From assembly GCA_963713855.1 (NCBI GenBank), contig OY970209.1:928001-992000 (forward strand): a stretch of DNA of 64,000 bases. The letters run 5' to 3'. The DNA comes from an uncultured bacterium (GTDB lineage: Bacteria > Babelota > Babeliae > Babelales > Babelaceae). The position numbers and the translations under genes are program-made. How positions within the stretch are numbered: the first letter of the stretch is position 1; every line of letters starts with the position of its first letter. Shown piece by piece: positions 60,343 to 64,000 of this stretch. Under the pieces are notes generated by a model. That model ran no database searches. It was not told the origin of the DNA and was given only the letters and a program-made list of their open reading frames with translations.

Positions 60343-61721
60343 ATGAAATCATTTTATCTTCTTTTTGCTGCAAGTGTTCTAGTTATAGCAGCGCCAATTA
60401 CTTCTTTAGAGCAGAACAAGCTTCTTTTTCCGAAGGGTTTTTTATGGGGCGTAGCTTTTTCTGAATATCAGGTATCTGGGTCTTTTTTGTGTAAAGAAAG
60501 TAACTGGGCTCAATGGGAAGACCATCAAGCTAAGGTTTTAGGCAAATATCCGCGCTCTGGTAAAGCTGCTGATTTTTGGCAGCATTATGAGGAAGACGTT
60601 ATTCGAATGAAAAAAGAGCTTGGCATTAACTCCCTAAGATTTTCTGTTGACTGGAGTCTGGTAGAGCCGCGAGAGGGATATTTTGATGAAAATGCTTTGA
60701 ATCGTTACGTAAAGCTGTGTGATTTACTAAAGCGTGAGGGCATAGAGCCGATGATTACTCTTCATCATTTTACACATCCTTCTTGGTTTGAAAGAAAGGG
60801 CGGGTTTGAGCGCTCAGAGAATATTTCATATTTTGTTCGTTTTTGTACAAAAGTGTTTCAAGTATTAGGTAAGAACGTATATCTATGGTGCACTATTAAT
60901 GAGCCGACCATTTACGCCTTTCAAGGATATATACGCGGTGTTTTTCCGCCCGGTAAAAAAGGATTTTTTTCAGTCGTTCCAACAAGGAAGGCTGTTGAGG
61001 TTCTTAAAAACCTTCTTAAAGCTCACGTTGACGTATACAGCGCACTCAAAAAACTGCCCTATGGTACTGAGGCTCAAATAGGCCTTGTGCATCAATATTT
61101 AAAGTTTGAGCCCTACAGCCCGTTTAATATCTTTGAAAATATGCCCGGCTGGTTTTTAAATGCTTTTTTAAATGATGCTGTCTTAAAGTTTTGTAAGACG
61201 GGCAGATTCAAGTACAATTTCAACATACCATTTCTTGCTAACATTCACTCATATTATAAAGCACCAAAAGGGAAATTTTTAGACTTTATAGGCCTTAATT
61301 ACTATTCCCGCGTGCTTGTTGTCTACGTTCGGGCCACGAACAGTCATCTTATTATCCGGGCGAATATATGACTGACATGCCTTACGCTTCTTATCCAGAA
61401 GGCTTTTATAAGGCGCTTAAAGATATGAATACCTTAAAGGTGCCTATCTATGTTACTGAAAACGGTATTTCGGACGCAAAAGATGATCGTCGAGAGCATT
61501 TTATTAAGGAGCATTTAAGTGCTCTGCATAAGGCATTAAAAGAAGGGTGCGATATACGTGGTTATTATTATTGGACATTTGTGGATAACTACGAATGGGA
61601 TATGGGCTATACGCAAAAGTTCGGTCTCTACAAACTTGACCACGCTACCCAAAAGCGCACTCTGAGAACTGGTTCACGCATCTACGCAGAAACTGCTCTT
61701 AATAATAGCCTTTTGGTGTAA
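60343..61721 (+). CDS. Glycoside hydrolase family 1 (beta-glucosidase) with signal peptide; apparent -1 frameshift near 61320
   Basis: FPKGFLWG, TINEP acid/base, GLNYY, YVTENG nucleophile, DNYEW; the two ORFs join with one added T. Confidence 0.9.
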
Positions 61722-61778
61722 CTGTCTCTATACTGTTTGAGATATAGAAACTGTTTCTTTTAGGTTTTTGAGGGAGTT

Positions 61779-62435
61779 ATGAAAAGGCAATGTTTTTTTC
61801 TGATAGCGCTTTTGTGTATTTGCTTTTCTAACCATGCCATTTTTTTGGATCTAAAGCAGGAGTGTAAGAAATCTTTGCTGGAAGTTCTAAATAGCGGGAA
61901 CGGTCGTTCATTCTTGAAAAGCTTTGAATCTAAGCTTGGCAGTAATTGGTTAGAACATATTCCCTTTTTCGACATATTTTCGACCCCACCGGAGATCTTT
62001 TATGTAGGTGATATGACCGAGTCGCACATCGCTCAAGAGTGTGAACCTCTTGGCCATTTGAAATGTATACGTAGTGCGGTTTTTGAGCAGCACAAAAAGT
62101 CTTTTGGTTGGGGATGTGATAGCGAAGGAAAGCCTTTTATAACTGTGATGTATAACGTTTCATTACTCAGTGGTAAAACCCATTCGGTGGGCGTGATTCA
62201 ACACTTTATACAAGCTAGTAAAGAAGATCCAACTTTATGGATTTCAAAAACGTATGATACGGGGGGCAAATTTATTGCGCACGATAGCCCCGCCTGTACT
62301 GAGACATTAGATAATGAAGAGCTTGTTCATCGAGAGGATTTTCAAGCTCTTGCAAAGCTTATCTTGGAAGGTAGCGTGGTAGTTCAAAATAAAAAATCTG
62401 GCTTTTTGAAGCTCACTTTGTGGCGCGTTTGGTAG
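61779..62435 (+). CDS. Hypothetical secreted protein
   Basis: GGGAG RBS, signal peptide. Confidence 0.65.
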   Translation: MKRQCFFLIALLCICFSNHAIFLDLKQECKKSLLEVLNSGNGRSFLKSFESKLGSNWLEHIPFFDIFSTPPEIFYVGDMTESHIAQECEPLGHLKCIRSAVFEQHKKSFGWGCDSEGKPFITVMYNVSLLSGKTHSVGVIQHFIQASKEDPTLWISKTYDTGGKFIAHDSPACTETLDNEELVHREDFQALAKLILEGSVVVQNKKSGFLKLTLWRVW

Positions 62436-62443
62436 GTGTTTTT

Positions 62444-63031
62444 ATGGTTAAGGTAAATTGGTTTTTCTTAGTATGTTTAACTTTCAATACTCTTTTGATA
62501 GCGGATACCTGCCCTCTTGATACCTGTATCTTACAAAAAAAGGAGTTACAGGCGGACATTGATGCTCTTGTATCAAAGCTCGAGCACCATGGTGCTTCTG
62601 GGAAATTGCAGGGAGTTATTCAATCGATACGACGCTCTAATCAGCCTCACAAGTCTTTGCAGGCTAAGGTCGCTCAACTTTTCGAGGAGATAGCTCACAC
62701 AAGCGGGTGTCAAAAGGAATATCTGGCCATTGTAGAAAATTATTTACGCCAAATCGAGAACGAATCTTGGGGGGCTCTTTACCCTTTCAGCTTAGTGGAG
62801 GTGTCGTTGCTTGTTGCCGGGGTAGTTGTTACAAGTTCTATGTCGTCTGAGCGCGCCACCTCCATTTGGCTTAGTCTTATGCTTTTTGGGTTTTTTGTTG
62901 GTGTTGGAATGCTTTACTATCAGCATGTTGCTGCAACAAAATTGAAAAACCTTGAGGCTATTCGCAGTTTCTTTAAGGAACACCACGATTGCGCCATTTC
63001 CTATGAAGATACTTTAGAAAATGATTTTTAA
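62444..63031 (+). CDS. Hypothetical membrane protein
   Basis: Signal peptide plus two C-terminal TM helices. Confidence 0.65.
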   Translation: MVKVNWFFLVCLTFNTLLIADTCPLDTCILQKKELQADIDALVSKLEHHGASGKLQGVIQSIRRSNQPHKSLQAKVAQLFEEIAHTSGCQKEYLAIVENYLRQIENESWGALYPFSLVEVSLLVAGVVVTSSMSSERATSIWLSLMLFGFFVGVGMLYYQHVAATKLKNLEAIRSFFKEHHDCAISYEDTLENDF

Positions 63032-63039
63032 TGTAGTGT

Positions 63040-63064
63040 GAAGGAGGCACCCAGCGCCTCCTTC
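63040..63064. terminator. Intrinsic terminator between convergent genes
   Basis: GAAGGAGGC-acccagc-GCCTCCTTC followed by a T-rich tract. Confidence 0.75.
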
Positions 63065-63092
63065 TTGTTTTCTTTAAAAATCGTTTGAAACG

Positions 63093-63512
63093 TTACTGTA
63101 AGCTGTGTTCAATTTTTTGACAATCGATATTGCCGTTGTTTTTTATGCGGCGTCCCAAAAGAGTTACAAGGTCCGCTGAGGACATCGTTTCGATTTTATG
63201 CCTCATGCTTCTAGGTAATTCACGAAGATGTGGTCTAAATGTTTCAATGATTTTTAGAATATCTTTTGTTTGTCTCATTTCATTGAGTGCGCGAGCATAA
63301 TGGCCATAGCTTGGATTTCTTATGGCTTTTAGTGTTGCTGCAAAAGATATTAAGCAACACTCAGCACTATCTTTATTGCGAAGATTGGCAAAATGTTCAA
63401 AGCGTTTTGCTATTCTTTGTCTTGCTTCAGTCTCTGTAATCTGACGAACGTTTGCAGAGAGTACGCTAGTTTGAATGCTTATTAATGCGATTAATAATAA
63501 CTTAAGTTTCAT
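63093..63512 (-). CDS. Hypothetical secreted protein
   Basis: Signal peptide MKLKLLLIALISIQTSVLS, AAGGA RBS. Confidence 0.7.
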   Translation of the reverse strand: MKLKLLLIALISIQTSVLSANVRQITETEARQRIAKRFEHFANLRNKDSAECCLISFAATLKAIRNPSYGHYARALNEMRQTKDILKIIETFRPHLRELPRSMRHKIETMSSADLVTLLGRRIKNNGNIDCQKIEHSLQ

Positions 63513-63689
63513 GATATTTCCTTATAGTTATGTTAATTCAAAAAACGCGTTAGATGCAGAGCATCCAATTACCACCCTACTCTTTTGTTAAATATTGTCA
63601 ATTTAACAAAATTACATTTGGATGGGCAAAATTTATTGGAGTGTTGGCGTAGCCAAGGCTTATTTGATCGATGTTTCTATCGAGTCTTG

Positions 63690-63718
63690 TAAATTCTGAC
63701 ATTAACTGTCAGAATTTA
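63690..63718. promoter_or_regulatory. Perfect 12-bp inverted repeat (operator-like) abutting the start of an AAA-DUF4143 remnant
   Basis: TAAATTCTGACA-ttaac-TGTCAGAATTTA. Confidence 0.7.
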
Positions 63719-63720
63719 TG

Positions 63721-63920
63721 ATGTTTAAGCGAAAGATAGAGCCTTTTTTATAAAAAGCTCTCTTAAGAAGCCCTATTGTTTTATTGAATGGTGCAAGGCA
63801 CGTTGGAAAAACTACTTTGGTGCTTCTTTAAAGGGATTTGTTATATATAACAAAAATCAGGCTATTCCCTTTGGTGACAATTTGTATGCACTTCTCTTCA
63901 ATGCTTTATGGGAAACCTGA
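63721..63920 (+). pseudogene. Internally deleted AAA-DUF4143 gene remnant
   Basis: MFKRKIEPFL*KALLRSPIVLLNGARHVGKTTLV (N-terminus, Walker A) fused to FVIY...AIPFGDNLYALLFNALWET* (family C-terminus). Confidence 0.75.
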
Positions 63921-64000
63921 AATAAACACTCTTTTTTCTCAAACGATAGACGTAAGTAACTAGGGATAGACCAAGACCATCGACCAAACACCTGTATCTT

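Overview
A 64-kb stretch of low-GC bacterial chromosome, translated with standard code 11. Gene content most resembles an intracellular protist parasite of Candidatus Dependentiae (Babelota/TM6); this is an inference from signal-peptide ankyrin proteins, DUF2608, an ATP-dependent ligase, many secreted ORFans and AAA-DUF4143 paralogs. The housekeeping backbone is dnaX, der, hpf, a dsbD-like gene, alaX, cca, tolQRAB, ftsH, rpmB, rpsT, rnhA, a spoIID-like gene, tatD, HU, serS, secD, PMM/PGM, an ABC exporter, GH1 and four tRNAs (Ala-GGC, Ile2-CAT, Leu-GAG, Met-CAT). It is interleaved with lineage-specific secreted proteins and gene remnants. Main oddities: (1) an FtsH with two complete, diverged AAA+ ATPase modules in tandem before one M41 protease domain; (2) a ~360-bp non-coding, highly structured element with near-terminal inverted repeats, flanked by a 12-bp direct repeat; (3) AAA-DUF4143 genes each preceded by its own repeat or palindrome array; (4) a permuted NlpC/P60-like secreted protein interrupted by one in-frame TAG; (5) Cys-rich envelope proteins and a signal-peptide-bearing PMM/PGM. 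At least seven single-base frameshifts in short runs, including two in ftsH, suggest indel sequencing errors.
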